A stretch of 64,000 nt of DNA from Octopus sinensis (GCF_006345805.1 NC_043013.1:36518001-36582000), one strand, 5' to 3'; shown: positions 26,040 to 38,713, numbered from the stretch's first letter. The notes: a model not told the origin generated them from the sequence alone. Numbers and translations are program-made.

Positions 26040-26950
26040 ATAATTCCTTAGTTGGAGAGCATTTAGATTCTCCTTCATAAACGAAATGCCAGATAAAGAA
26101 AGCTGCAGAATAATAGAAAAACTACTCTGCAACAGCAGACATTCCAACAAACTAAAAGAATGAGTCATAAAACAATAGAAGTCGAAATATAATGAAACAA
26201 ATAGATATATCAGACACCAAAACTATTAAAAGTACGCAAGTCACTCATAAAATGTGTTACGTGGATTCAATTCATACTAACTATGGACTACATGAACACA
26301 CCAAGAATCATATGAAACGTAGCACTAAATTGCATTACACGTAACCATAAATATACTATAAAAATACTGAAATTAATTACTTTCTTATTAATAATAAACT
26401 ATAAGCATGTAAAGCAGAGAGCAAGCGACTAATGACCATTGTGGTTTATAAATAAATTCAGTTGCCAATGTGAAAGTGTAAGCTCTAAGAATCCAGTAGT
26501 CATATTGGCTGTACAAGTGTGACACTCGCCCTCTGGCTCAATGTGCACTTACAACAAGGAGCAATTACAATACACTGTGTAAACCAAACAAACAACAAAA
26601 CTAGATGAGAAAACATTAGATAATACATACATATACTCTTCAGAATTCCAGACAAAAAAAACAAAAATGACAATTAATGATGGAAAATAATACTCAAAGA
26701 TGGAACAATGTTAAAATAAATAGATAACAAACACTTGTCTCAAATATGAATAAACACCTGACAAACACCGTATAAATCTAATTGTAGAAAATTCAAATAT
26801 CTATGCGGATTCTATTGAACTTGCCTGCTAGATAAGAGGTAGCAACACACGCCAATATCACTCCATCTGGAAGATGAGACTGAGGAGGTATAGAAATATT
26901 GATAATAGATTTAAGAATTTTAATGTTCTAAATGAACTGCAAAGTACCAA
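26040..26950 (+). mobile_element. Decayed Penelope-like element (GIY-YIG endonuclease relic)
   Basis: VVYK/FSC.. then SHIGCTSVTLALWLNVHLQQGAITIH at 26498-26575 resembles the Penelope YIGxTxxTLxxRLxxHxQxGAI motif. Boundaries approximate. Confidence 0.55.
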
Positions 26951-27217
26951 TGAAAAATGCATGAAAAAAAATCCTTACATAAAAGCATAAAAACTAGGGC
27001 TTAGCTGCATTTTCAAATATTTAATACAGCACCATATATAGAGAGAGTTAGATATGTGCAAGCATGGCTATGTAGTAAGAAGCTTGCTTCCCAACCACAC
27101 TGTCCCTGGTCCAGCCCCACTGCAAAGTACCTTGGGCAAGCGCCTTCTACTATAGCCTCAGGCCAACCAAAGCCTTGTGAGAGCATTTGATAGATGGAAG
27201 CTGAAAGAAGCCCATCG

Positions 27218-27259
<42 letters not shown>

Positions 27260-27514
27260 CATGTATGCATATATTTATGTGTGTGTGTTTTTCTGACTAT
27301 GTTTGTCCTCCCACTATCGCTTGATAACCGATGCTGGTGTGTTTATATCAGCAAAAAAGACAGCTAGAGTAAGTACTAAGATTGCAAGGAATAAGTCTTG
27401 GGGTCAAATGACTGCAACAAGTAAAAGAATAAATAAATATATATATATATTAATAAATACAATATATATATATATTTATATATATATATATATATATACT
27501 CTTTTAATTGTTTC

Positions 27515-27726
27515 AGTCATTTGACTGCAGCCATGCTTGAGCACTGTCTTTTAGTCAAGCAAATCGACCCCAGGACTTATTCTTTGGAAGCCTAGTACTT
27601 ATTCTATCAGTCTCTTTTGCCGAACTACTAAGTTACAGGGATGTAAACACACCACCATCGGTTGTCAAGTGATGTTGGGGGTACAAACGCAGACATACAA
27701 ACAAATACACACACACACACACACAA

Positions 27727-27773
<47 letters not shown>

Positions 27774-27938
27774 TACGACGGGCTTCTTTCAGTTTCCATC
27801 TACCAAATCCACTCACAAGGCTTTGGTTGGCCAGATGCTATAGTAGAAGGCACTTGTCCAAGATGCCACACAGTGTGAATGAACCCAGAACCATGTGGTT
27901 CATAAGCAAGATACTTACCACACAGCCACTCCTGCACC
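27515..27938 (-). mobile_element. CORE-type SINE
   Basis: Reverse-complement match to the 28281 copy. Confidence 0.9.
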
Positions 27939-27999
<61 letters not shown>

Positions 28000-28022
28000 A
28001 TATATATATATATATATATATA

Positions 28023-28053
<31 letters not shown>

Positions 28054-28055
<2 letters not shown>

Positions 28056-28259
28056 AGCTACTATTAGTTCTATGCAATGAAAATAACTCAGATAGCATTC
28101 TTTAACATGCCTGGTGCCTTCAGGCAATTCTCGGTCTATCGTTCTGGTTTTAGCTTCTTATGCCATGTATGCACAGCCTGAGGATTGCGTGAAGGCACCA
28201 GACATATAAAAAAAATGCCCTCTGAGCTATTCTCATTGCATGAAACTAATAGTAGCTCA
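28054..28259. mobile_element. 206-bp fold-back MITE (arms ~80 bp)
   Basis: Left tgagctactattagttctatgcaatgaaaataactcagatagcatt...tggtgccttcaggcaattctc pairs with right gaggattgcgtgaaggcaccagacat...ctgagctattctcattgcatgaaactaatagtagctca. Confidence 0.85.
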
Positions 28260-28280
28260 TAAAAATAGATATAAATAATA

Positions 28281-28668
28281 GGCGCAGGAGTGGCTGTGTG
28301 GTAAGTAGCTTGCTAACCAACCACATAGTTCCGGGTTCAGTCTCACTGCGTGGCATCTTGGGCAAGTGTCTTCTGCTATAGCCCCGGGCCGACCAATGCC
28401 TTGTGAGTGGATTTGGTAGACAGAAACTAAAAGAAGCCTGTCGTATATATGTATATATATATATGTATGCATGTGTGTTTGTGTGTCTGTGTTTGTCCCC
28501 CTTGACAACCAATGCTGGTGTGTTTACATCCTCGTCACTTAGCGGTTCGGCAAAAAGAGACCGATAGAATAAGTACTGGGCTTACAAAGAATAAGTCCCG
28601 GGGTCGATTTGCTCGACTAAAGGCGGTACTCCAGCATGGCCGTAGTCAAATGACTGAAACAAGTAACA
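28281..28668 (+). mobile_element. CORE-type tRNA-derived SINE, full length (octopus OR-like)
   Basis: tRNA-like head ggcgcaggagtggctgtgtggtaag...ccgggttcagtc, CORE-like gcatcttgggcaagtgtcttct (cf. MIR gaccttgggcaagtcactt), internal (TA/TG)n and family tail. Further copies at ~27050, 31140, 41535, 42770, 48660, 52830, 53410, 53800, 57850, 59720, 60353 and 61500. Confidence 0.9.
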
Positions 28669-30625
28669 GATTGTGCTTATTAAATAATATTAATCTCTCA
28701 CCAGATGGAGTACTTTTTTGTTGATCTTACAATTATGGAACAGTACACTCTCTATATGTATGTATGTACGTATAAGGCAGTGAGATGGCAGAAATATTAG
28801 CATGCCAGGCGAAATGCTTTCATCCTTTCGGGGTTGATAAATTAAGTACTAGTTACATACTGGAGTCGATCTAATTGCTTGGCACTCTCCCCCAAAATTT
28901 CGGGCCTTGTGCTTAGAGTAAAAAAGAATATGTATGTATTTATGAATGTATGTATGAGAAAAAGAAAACGGAGAATATAAGATATAGACATCAATTTATT
29001 TGAACATATTTAATTCCAAACAAAACAAGTTCTTAGTACCTACAATTGTTTCCATGTATACATATATATGTATATGTATTAATGTGTATGTATGTATGTA
29101 TGTATGTATGTATGTATGTATGTATGTATGTATGTATGTATGTATGTATGTATGTATGTATGTATAAGATATATTTGCCTAATTTACATTTTGTAACCAG
29201 TTATACATTTGCTAATGTTTAATTACTGTATATCGTTTTGAAATTTGTATGTAGATACCAATTGCATATACGTGGCCTAGTGGTCAGGGTGTTGCACTCC
29301 TGATCGCTAGATCATGGGCTCGATTCTCAGACCAAGCAGTGTAAAGCACTTCCTTTCATGTTGCTTAGTGATCTGACATGTAGCACACCGTTCACCTGTA
29401 CAGGTGATGATGATTTGATAAATGGTACGAGCTAATGTACAACACATACCTTTGATCACTATAAACAAGCCATTCGTGCAGGCTGCTCAGTCAGAAATTG
29501 CTGAACCGTCTTCCTCAGGCTACGAGAGACAACCATTATGTTATAGTTTCAAATAAGCATTCGACATTATCATTACGTTTGTAATAAACATTATGAGTCT
29601 TACATCAGCAACACTATTGGCAAACTGCTTACCAGCAGTGAAGAGCATATTTACACTAATATTTTATGAGTTAAAAAAACATCTGGTGAAGTATCGTACT
29701 CAGAATATTATGATTGCTCCTGAAACCAGTGAATGGAATATCGATAATTCAAGGATTAAATAGGCTACCCTGATTAATAATCTAAATGTATCCGTTAGCA
29801 ACAGACATGCCCGAGAATTGGTGATTGGCTGAAATAACACGACCACTCTGCATATGCTAGAGTCCCTTATCTAATGTTAAGATTTGAAAAATTACTACTT
29901 TATTATTTTGACACATGCTAAAATGGGTACTAGTTGATCTACCGCATTCTCGACAATGAGTATTTAAACTCGAAATATTAAAAGTGAAAACTGCTGCTTT
30001 TTACATTCTTTGTTTTCATTCCTTTATTTCCAGCAGGCATTGTAGTGGTCTTTTTAAATAATATTATTTTATATCTCCAACACATTAGGGAGGTAAATTC
30101 TCATTTGTCGAAGTGAGTCACATGGGTGAATATGTAACAGACTAAAGGCAGAGCAAGCTGAATTGATACAGTGTAAGAGAGAATATTTTAAAGAGATTTG
30201 AAATCATCAAGAGACATTTGTTCCACGATGCATGTTAGATCTGATGGTTAGTAAACTGTGTCAATAATGTTGGTCCTTTAAGAATTTAGAATCCTTCTTA
30301 GGGGAAACAGGCATTAGATTTAATCCTTCTGATCTCCGGTTAATTGATATCGCAGGCTCTTTTAATGTTTAGAACTTTTCAAGCAGGCAAAACCTACAGT
30401 TTAATGATCCATTTTGTTATAAAATGGATTTATAGATTATTCCCTATATTATAGGAAGGTGTTCAGAAACTTTAACCTTGAACTTCCTGACAAACTTGGT
30501 CAGGATGTCAAGTTTTCCATTACTCTTTTCTGAGCGAGTGACAATGGTCATAATAACGTTTTTTAAAAGCGATTGCAGTACATACAGTGCAATTTCCTTC
30601 AACACTGTTCATTGTACAGTGGAGA

Positions 30626-30720
30626 CTATGTGCGGACACGTGGAAGAATTTCAACAGTTGTAAATTGACTGTTAGAGTGGAGGGATATGTGAGTGTGTGA
30701 TTCTGGATGTGGTGTGTGAT
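30626..30720 (-). CDS. Candidate terminal coding exon of an unidentified gene: (D)HTPHPESHTHISLHSNSQFTTVEILPRVRT*
   Basis: Acceptor tattttttcag|AT. Phase 1 matches the donor of the 31753-31796 exon. Open to TAG at 30628-30626. Confidence 0.45.
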
Positions 30721-31752
30721 CTGAAAAAATATACTGCACAAGCAAGAATTATTAGTATCAACGTTATGAGTGTTGAAAATTTTATACTATTTTATGTGTA
30801 GGTAGGAAGAGTCTTACTAGTGCAAGAAATTTCTTCATTCATGTTAACAACCAGATTATATGCTAGGTTGTATCAGATTATCTCTCTCATACAAGTTCTA
30901 TTCCGATATAAAAATAGACTGGAGCATTTTCTCTGTAAATTAGGTCTATGCTGAAGTCACTTCCAGTTAACACATCGTTATATAAGATGTGTTTTATATA
31001 ATGATAAAAACTCATCATTATAAGAGGAGTACACTCATAAAGATGTCCTCGTCCTAAGCTACATCAGAAACTCTACTACTCATTCCAATTTGAAGGTCAT
31101 GGGTGGATGGAATTTTTGTTTGCAAGTAGCCATAGGTGTTGTTGTGTGTGATAAGAAGCTTGCTTCCCAACCACATGGTTCCATGTTCAGTCCCACAAAA
31201 TAGCACCTTGGTCAAATGTCTTCTACTATAGCCTTTGGCTGACCAAAGCATTCTGATTCGATATGGTAGACAACGGAAACTGAAAGAAGCCTGTCATATA
31301 TGTGTGTGTATGTATGTATCTTTATGTCTGTGACAACCTGTGATGATTTGTTACGTCCCTGTGACTCAGTGTTTCAGCAAAAGAAACCGATAGAATAAGT
31401 ATCAGGCTTTAAAAAAAAATACATACTGAGTCATTGTGCTCAACTAAAAATTCTTCAATGTGGTGCCCCAGCATGGCCTCAGCCTAGTGACTGAAACAAG
31501 AAAAAGAATATACCGTATTCTCGTTTGGCTTTCAGTAGGGGATTGTAAATATGTGTATTTAAATCTAGTGTTATATCTAAAAAGTCCAAGGACTCTTGAT
31601 AGGGATGATGGGTGAGCATTTAAATCTAGTCTTTAATATCTCCAATGTTTAAAGCCTTTTGATTAATCCACGGCTATCAAATCTAATGTGCTTGCAGAAT
31701 ATTCACTTTTGAAGATCATACTTATGGAAGGGTAGATTCCCTTATGTCATAC

Positions 31753-31796
31753 CTTTCCAGCCATCTCTTCCTTTGACCTGTCTATCAGGTATTCGT
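31753..31796 (-). CDS. Candidate 44-nt coding exon: (I)RIPDRQVKGRDGWK
   Basis: tttatgcag|ACGAAT...GGAAAG|gtatga; phase 2 to phase 1, open. Confidence 0.5.
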
Positions 31797-31897
31797 CTGC
31801 ATAAACATATTGACCAATGAGAATTGATCAACCTAGTACATAGTGGACACAGCTTAACGCACCACATACTGTCTGACTGATCACGTGTGTAGCTTAC

Positions 31898-31970
31898 ATT
31901 TGTGCATTTCTGAATAGCAATAGTGCATCAATAACCAACTGATTCACATAATATCCTCCTCTTTTATGAC
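31898..31970 (-). CDS. Candidate 73-nt coding exon: (G)HKRGGYYVNQLVIDALLLFRNAQ
   Basis: tttgtttag|GTCAT...CAAAT|gtaagc. Only the phase-1 frame is open. A 101-nt intron follows. Confidence 0.5.
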
Positions 31971-32042
31971 CTAAACAAATGTGAGCGTACGAACCTCAAA
32001 TATATCACACAAGGAAAATATAGAATATTTACCAGAAGTTAC

Positions 32043-32092
32043 CTCGCAGGACATCTAAGTGTTTCACAAGCTATTCATCCATTCTTCAGCTG
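32043..32092 (-). CDS. Candidate upstream exon ending LVKHLDVLR; 5' boundary uncertain (in-frame TAG at 32073-32071)
   Basis: Donor GCGAG|gtaact and a 72-nt intron. Possible acceptors at 32092, 32089 or 32070. Confidence 0.35.
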
Positions 32093-32515
32093 CTATTGAA
32101 TTGAAAAACAGACAAAACAAAAAAGGAAAAGAAAAAACATTCAATCATTCAGCTACACAACATATCTTAGCCATTGACATCATGAGAAGTCTGTATATAA
32201 TTCGGCCAGGAATCGACCAGAAAAAATCAACAACAACAACAGCAATAAAAAAAAACAAACGAGGGGTCGATTTATATATTGTCGAGAAATAATAACTGCC
32301 TTAAGAATCTAGTGAAAAATATCCACAGAGTGCTATGCTGGGGCATATAATTTCGGATGCTTAAATATACACAGCAGAAGCTGCATTGTAGGTGGATAAT
32401 GCGGATGAAGCTCTGGTGTACAATCTTAGTTCGTTTTACTTAGATATGAGATATTTAATCCCTGAGAGTGCACAGCAATGCAAACCAATGCCTATATATA
32501 TAATAAATAATATAC

Positions 32516-32559
<44 letters not shown>

Positions 32560-32930
32560 ATATATATATATATATATTTATGTATGTATATTTATGTATG
32601 TATATGTGTGTATGTGTATACATGGAGGTATAATATGGATGAATGTATATACTATGTGTGTATATGAATGCAATGTTTAACAAAAAAAAAAGAAGAGGAT
32701 TGCAAAGGAAACCAGCATCATCTGCTGACAGTGGGCATAACGCATTATCTTGGTATGTGTGTAGTGTTTCCTAGGGAACGACTGTCGATTGCCGGTGACA
32801 AGGAAGAAGAAAGATGAAGGTGTGTGTGTGTGTGAGTGTGTGTGAGTGTGTGCATTGGGGTAAATATGGGTGTGATGGATTGGCAGCGATTGTTATAGGG
32901 GAGGATAAGCCGTGAAAGAGCGAGAATATA

Positions 32931-32976
<46 letters not shown>

Positions 32977-33296
32977 TGAGGTTCATATATATATATAAAT
33001 GTATAAATATATATATATATAATATATATATATATATGTATATATATGAATGAGGTTCATATATATATATATATAAATGTATAAATATATATATAATATA
33101 AATATATATATACATATGTATATATGCGTATATATGTATGTATAAGGAAATTAAGAAGCAGGCGAAGAAGAATGTGAAAAAGGAAAAGTGGGTGGAAAGG
33201 AGGAGGAGACAGGTAAAGATGGGAGCGGTGCAGGTGGTGGTGGCGACGGCGGCAGCAGTAGTAAAATAAATGAAGCGAAAGTAAGAAAAAGAAAGG

Positions 33297-33299
<3 letters not shown>

Positions 33300-33331
<32 letters not shown>

Positions 33332-33354
33332 TGATGATGATGATGATGATGATG

Positions 33355-33387
<33 letters not shown>

Positions 33388-33408
33388 GTAATGATAATAA
33401 TAATAACG

Positions 33409-33440
<32 letters not shown>

Positions 33441-34170
33441 GATAATAATAATAATAATAATAATAATGATAATAATAACAACAATAATAATAATAATAAT
33501 AACAATAATAATAATAATAATTACAATAATAATGATGATGATGATGATGATTATGATAATGACGACGAGGAGGAGGAAGAGAAGGAAGATGAAGAGGAAG
33601 AGGTAAAGAAAGAGTGGAATTAGATGAAGAAAGTGTCAACAAAAGAAGAAACGATAGAACAAATAAAAGGAGAAAAGCTGACGTTAAGAGAAAACATATG
33701 TGGTGTTGGTGGTGGTGGTGGTGGTGGTGGTAGTGGTGGTGATGATGTTGGTACGGGGGTGATGGTGATGGTGGTAGTGGAGGTGGTGGTGGTAGTAGTG
33801 TTGGTGGTGATGGCAGTGGTGGTAGTAGTGGTGGCGGTGGTAGTAGCGTTGTTGTTGTTGGTGGTGGTGGTAGTGGTTTGGTGGTGATGGCAGTGGTGGT
33901 AGTATTGATGGTGGTAGTAGTGGTGGCGGTGGTAGTAGTGTTGTTGTTGTTGGTAGTGATGGTGGTAGTGGTGGTGGTGGTATTACTGGAGATGATGGTT
34001 GTGGTGGTGGTAGTGGTTGTTGAGGTTGTAGTGGTGTTGGTAGTAGTGTTGATGGTGGTAGTGTTGGTTGTTGGTAGTGTTGGTGTTGGCGGTAGTGGTT
34101 GTGGCAGTTGTGGTAGTGGTGGTGCTGTTGGTGGTGGTGGTGGTGCTGTTGGTAGTGGTGGTGGTAATAA
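33300..34170. repeat. Long (AAT)n/(GAT)n and (GGT/AGT)n compound microsatellite
   Basis: Seen directly; source of the 370-aa and 244-aa low-complexity ORFs. Confidence 0.95.
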
Positions 34171-34384
34171 TTTTTTTCCCCCTGCTCTATGTCTAGAATG
34201 TGAGGGTAAAGTGGCTTCAGACAATTGTATGACACTGTAGCTTTGAATGTCCACAGGGTACAATATGGCAGTAAGCTCTAAGACATAAGCTGTTAGCTGT
34301 GAGCTGTGAGCAATTCTATAAAATTTCTATTATACTTGGTGTCAGTGGACATAGTTCTTTATCGTTGTTTTTGTTCTTTATCTT

Positions 34385-34467
<83 letters not shown>

Positions 34468-34600
34468 CATTATTACCTTTTTCTTTGGTTGTTGCTGTCT
34501 TGGTCTTCTTTAACGATAATGCAATTCGTTTGTGTCTGTGTTTGTGAGTCTCTGTGTGTATTCGAATGTTGTTCCGTCTGTCTGTCTGTTTCTGTCTGTT

Positions 34601-34647
<47 letters not shown>

Positions 34648-34926
34648 TGCCCTTTATGTGTGTATGTTGTTTCTGTGTGCGTTGTAATGATGGCGAGTTT
34701 GATGTGTAATGTCAATTACGTACGTTGTGTAGTAGGAGCAAAGCAAAGACACAATAAAAGCGAGGAAGAAGGTGGCGGGAGATAGCTGGGAAATATATTG
34801 CAATTAATAAATAGCTACATAAAATGAGTTGCCTGAAAAACGGAAACGAGGGAAACTCTGAGTAGCGGACTTGTGAGAGTTCAGAATCTTATATATATAT
34901 ATATATATGCACATATACATACATAT

Positions 34927-34990
<64 letters not shown>

Positions 34991-35087
34991 CATACACACA
35001 TATATATATATATATGTGATCTCTTAAGCACCACCAGCAAAAAAAATTTTTTCCTCTGTCTTCCCTTCTCGGGATCTTTCCTTCTTT

Positions 35088-35122
35088 GTTTCCGACGAAG
35101 AGCTCCGCTCGAAACGTTAAAC
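35088..35122 (+). ncRNA. Minimal hammerhead-like motif 1 (non-canonical C at position 4)
   Basis: GUUU | CCGACGA | A-GAGC-UCC-GCUC | GAAA-CGUU | AAAC; palindromic ACGU stem III. Confidence 0.45.
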
Positions 35123-35227
35123 CCTCCTTCCCTTCTTTGTTCCACGTCCTCGCGTTGCTGTGTTTTTTTCTGTGTTTTCTTGTTTGGATTAACTTTATAT
35201 ATATATATACATATACATATATATATG

Positions 35228-35284
<57 letters not shown>

Positions 35285-35317
35285 CTGTCTTCCCTTCTCG
35301 GGATCTTTCCTTCTCCT

Positions 35318-35352
35318 GTTTCCGATGAAGAGCTCCGCTCGAAACGTCAAAC
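35318..35352 (+). ncRNA. Minimal hammerhead-like motif 2 (non-canonical C at position 4)
   Basis: GUUU | CCGAUGA | A-GAGC-UCC-GCUC | GAAA-CGUC | AAAC; GUC triplet. Confidence 0.5.
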
Positions 35353-35461
35353 CCTCCTTCTTCCCTTCTTTCCTGAGCGTCCAATAATACTTTATTTGTT
35401 CCACGTCCTTGCGTTGTTGTTTTTTTTTGTTTTTGTTTTCTTGTTTGGATTAACTGTATAT

Positions 35462-35525
<64 letters not shown>

Positions 35526-35529
<4 letters not shown>

Positions 35530-37154
35530 GCTGCTTCACATGAAATGTCGTATTTGAAAGGTAACAATAAAATGTTTCAGAAATGTCGAAATGTTAGAGA
35601 ACTGATTTATTTAATCAAAGTATGATCCATGTTCATTTATAACGTTTACCCAATGTTTCACTATGTCATATATTCCATCCAGCTTTAAAAAAACACAATT
35701 CATCTTTTGCTGTGGTAAACTGTCCGAATCCTTCAATTACCTCTTTTCTATTTACGAATGTCTTATTGCTAATGAAAAGCTCAAAATGCTTAAATAAGTG
35801 ATGATCAGTAGGAGAGATATCAGGGGAATAGGGAGGATGTTGCAAAATCTCATAATTCAGGCTTTGCAACTTTTGGACTCCGTAGCTTGAGGAGTGTGAG
35901 GACGTGCATTGTCGTGGAGCCAAATTGGGCCATCTCTATTCACTAGTCTGAGCTGCTTCTTTTTCAAATTCTTATGCATACAATCAATTTCCTGGCAATA
36001 CGATGTTGCTGTTACTATTTTCCCTTGTTGTAAAAATTGAATAATGAATAACTCCCTTTGCAGACCACCATACAGTGACCACTAGCTGTTTAGGGTGCAA
36101 TGGTGGGTTTGGGTAGTGTTTAGGTGACTCACCTGCATCTAAACACTATCCTGTTCTCCCGCGGTTGTCAAAGAGTATGCATTTCTCATCACAAGTAATG
36201 ATTTGATGCAAAAATGGTCCTTTTCCAGTCGAGAAATCAATAAGGAACACACTTCGAGGCATTTGTTTTTTTTTTAATCTCGTTCAGTTGACGTGGAACA
36301 AACCTATCTGTTTTCTTGACTTTTCCAATGTTTTACAGGTGTCCAAAAATAGTTGTGTGAGATGTTTAGAGATCTGATGAAAATTTTCGAACCATTTTCC
36401 TCAGATTTTGTTCAACCAAAGCATTTAACCCCTTACCTAACAATTATTTTGAAAATAAATGTATTTTTTCAGACATTTTTTTTTTGTTTTATATTACTAT
36501 GTTTTGAATGGTGATTTCGAGGTATATTTCAAACCTTATTTATTATTCATAAAATGTGCCTTCCAACCCTTCGACTGTCTCCAGGTGACTAAATCATACT
36601 CGGTCTTCAATGCCTTGTTCAAGCGAAAGGTGGCAGAAATCGTCACTGCCAGACGTATAAAGTGAGCGAATATACTCGTATATGTCAAAAAAGAGTTTAT
36701 AATAGACAAAGGAACTCGTTTGCTGTCGATTTAGGCGAGTCTATCTTTTGACGAGTTAACTCGCCAGAGATAGAAAAAAACGATTTCGGTCAAAACGCAT
36801 ATATTCGTTTCTGCCTACCCCTTGGTTTATTTTCAAGGCTATCATCTCCTGAACGAGAGCTTTGGAACCATCTCTAAACAGTTCTGATGTCAACCAAACC
36901 ATTGCCTCAGGCCCGCTTAATATTCTGAGGAGCTTCTGTGGCAGAGTGACCCAGTTTGTACTCATACAAGAAAATCACTCAACATAGTTTCATTGTTATC
37001 ATTTTCATAAGGTCTGTGGATACGAATTTTGTATACCAAAATTGTTGGGAAAGAAAAAGGGTCAAGATTAAATGCAAGGTTTACATAATTGTGTTTTTAA
37101 ATGACTGAAATAACAAGTCATTAAAAATGCGACATTTCATGTAAAACAACCTTA
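35526..37154 (-). mobile_element. Decayed mariner (DD34D) with both TIRs, interrupted by a ~640-bp insertion
   Basis: TIRs TA|ttaggctgcttcacatgaaatgtcgtattt and (reverse complement) TA|taaggttgttttacatgaaatgtcgcattt. Translation gives PFLHQIITCDEKCILFDN, LHDNARPH and VQKLQSLNYEILQHPPYSPDISPTDHHLFKH. Confidence 0.9.
36426..37072. mobile_element. Non-autonomous TTAA-type (piggyBac-like) insertion with decayed TIRs
   Basis: Begins ttaa-ccccttacctaacaatt and ends aattgttgggaaag...gggtcaagattaa. Interrupts the mariner. Confidence 0.45.
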
Positions 37155-38589
37155 TATATGATTTGATTTTTCCAGTTTCAGCTAATGAGCTGTGGCCATG
37201 CTGGGGCACCGATATTTTTTTAATTAGAGGATGTGTAATAAATCCCAGGAAGAGATGGTTTGACCCAAGGAAATACCGTTTCAATACCTAGTATTTTGGG
37301 GGAATGAATTTCCTTAAAATAATAGGTATATATAAAAACATAGTTTATATTCATTTAAAAGAAGAAAAGAAAATGGAGATTAGGAAGTTTATTATCAACA
37401 GCAATAGATAAGTATTTCGAAAAATGACAGTTTCTTGCGCCGTAACTCTTTCGAATCACAACGCAATATTATCCGAATGAAAGCCTATACATTATTTTTT
37501 TTTGCTAGTTTGTATAATACAGCCTTGGTCAACAATTATTTCAAAGAAAAAATAGTTTCATACACCAGTAAATGCATCCTATGAATGAGGGAAATATATA
37601 GAAACAAATACAGCCTTAACGAAATCATATCTGGTTCAACCCACCATTCAAACTTGACGTGAACTCACATATAATCAAAAAATATATATTTGCTTTCAAA
37701 GATTTCTCTTACTGCACTAAATTCAAAAGATATTTAATATTATAAAATTCTATATAAGTTTCAATTGATTTTCCAGCCCCTGCAGTGTTATTTCAAATGT
37801 TAATCATGCTATACCACAGAATGTATTTAGCAACCATGTACACAATATCCACATAAATGATTCTACATATTGCAACCCAAACACTGCAACATCATATGCA
37901 AAATCTGATAGAAACAAATATCAAGGTAAGTAAATTATGTAAATGTAAAAGTATAAAGTTGTGTCCTCAAATTTCGAAGCGATAATATATAAAGCTGATG
38001 TGCATTCACTCCATCAAGGTCTGAAATTCAACAACTTGCACATAGGTATGAGCAAGGGAGATTTAAGGATCGTTATGCAAGTCATAAATCTTCCTTTAAA
38101 TACGCAACGAAGAGAAATGTCACAGCTTTGTCAAGTTATATATGGTAACAAACTATTAAGTATTATGTGGTTCTGCGGTGTTCTCACTACTTACCGCATT
38201 CATCTCAAAATTTTCGTTGGGTATAAAATTATGAGTTAGGCTTCTTAAATATACTTTGGATTAATATACACAACAAATTTGCTCTATCTGATGCACTGAA
38301 TCCATTTCACCCGTAAAATTATTTTGTAATTAAAAATACGTGGAAACACAACCTCATTACTAACTAATATGTTTCAATTATATTTGCGAAATATTTTTAC
38401 TATTATCGTAATTGCTTCTTTCTATAAATTGGTTTTATATAATAAATTAAGATTATTTTCTGTTATTAACGATCTCTGTAAAGATTTTTTTTTATAAGGA
38501 AAATGTTTTGATAGTATTATCTCACTGTGTTGGTGCTATGATTTCGTCAGAACTGGAGGACTAAATACGAGGATGGATAAAAAAAATGA

Positions 38590-38678
38590 AGTAAAGGAAG
38601 AAAGAGAGCGATGAAGAAGAAGAAGAAGAAGAGGAAGAGGAGGAGGGGGAAGAAGAAGACGACGACGAAGAAGAAGAA

Positions 38679-38713
<35 letters not shown>

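Larger units (their letters stand above)
35020..35460 (+). mobile_element. Two tandem copies of a Penelope-terminal-repeat-like unit separated by (TA)n
   Basis: ctgtcttcccttctcgggatctttcc...gagctccgctcgaaacgt.aaaccctcc...gttccacgtcct.gcgttg occurs twice, offset 230 bp at the cores. Confidence 0.8.

Noticed and set aside
32043-32070. SH2-like (VKH...GGYYV) or lipase-like (GHxRGG) resemblance in the spliced peptide
   Set aside because: Only a few residues match and the flanking pattern does not fit either fold, so no product name was assigned.
32771-34263. 370-aa, 244-aa and 183-aa low-complexity ORFs
   Set aside because: They span (TA)n, (AAT)n and (GGT)n tracts and are artefacts of simple repeats.
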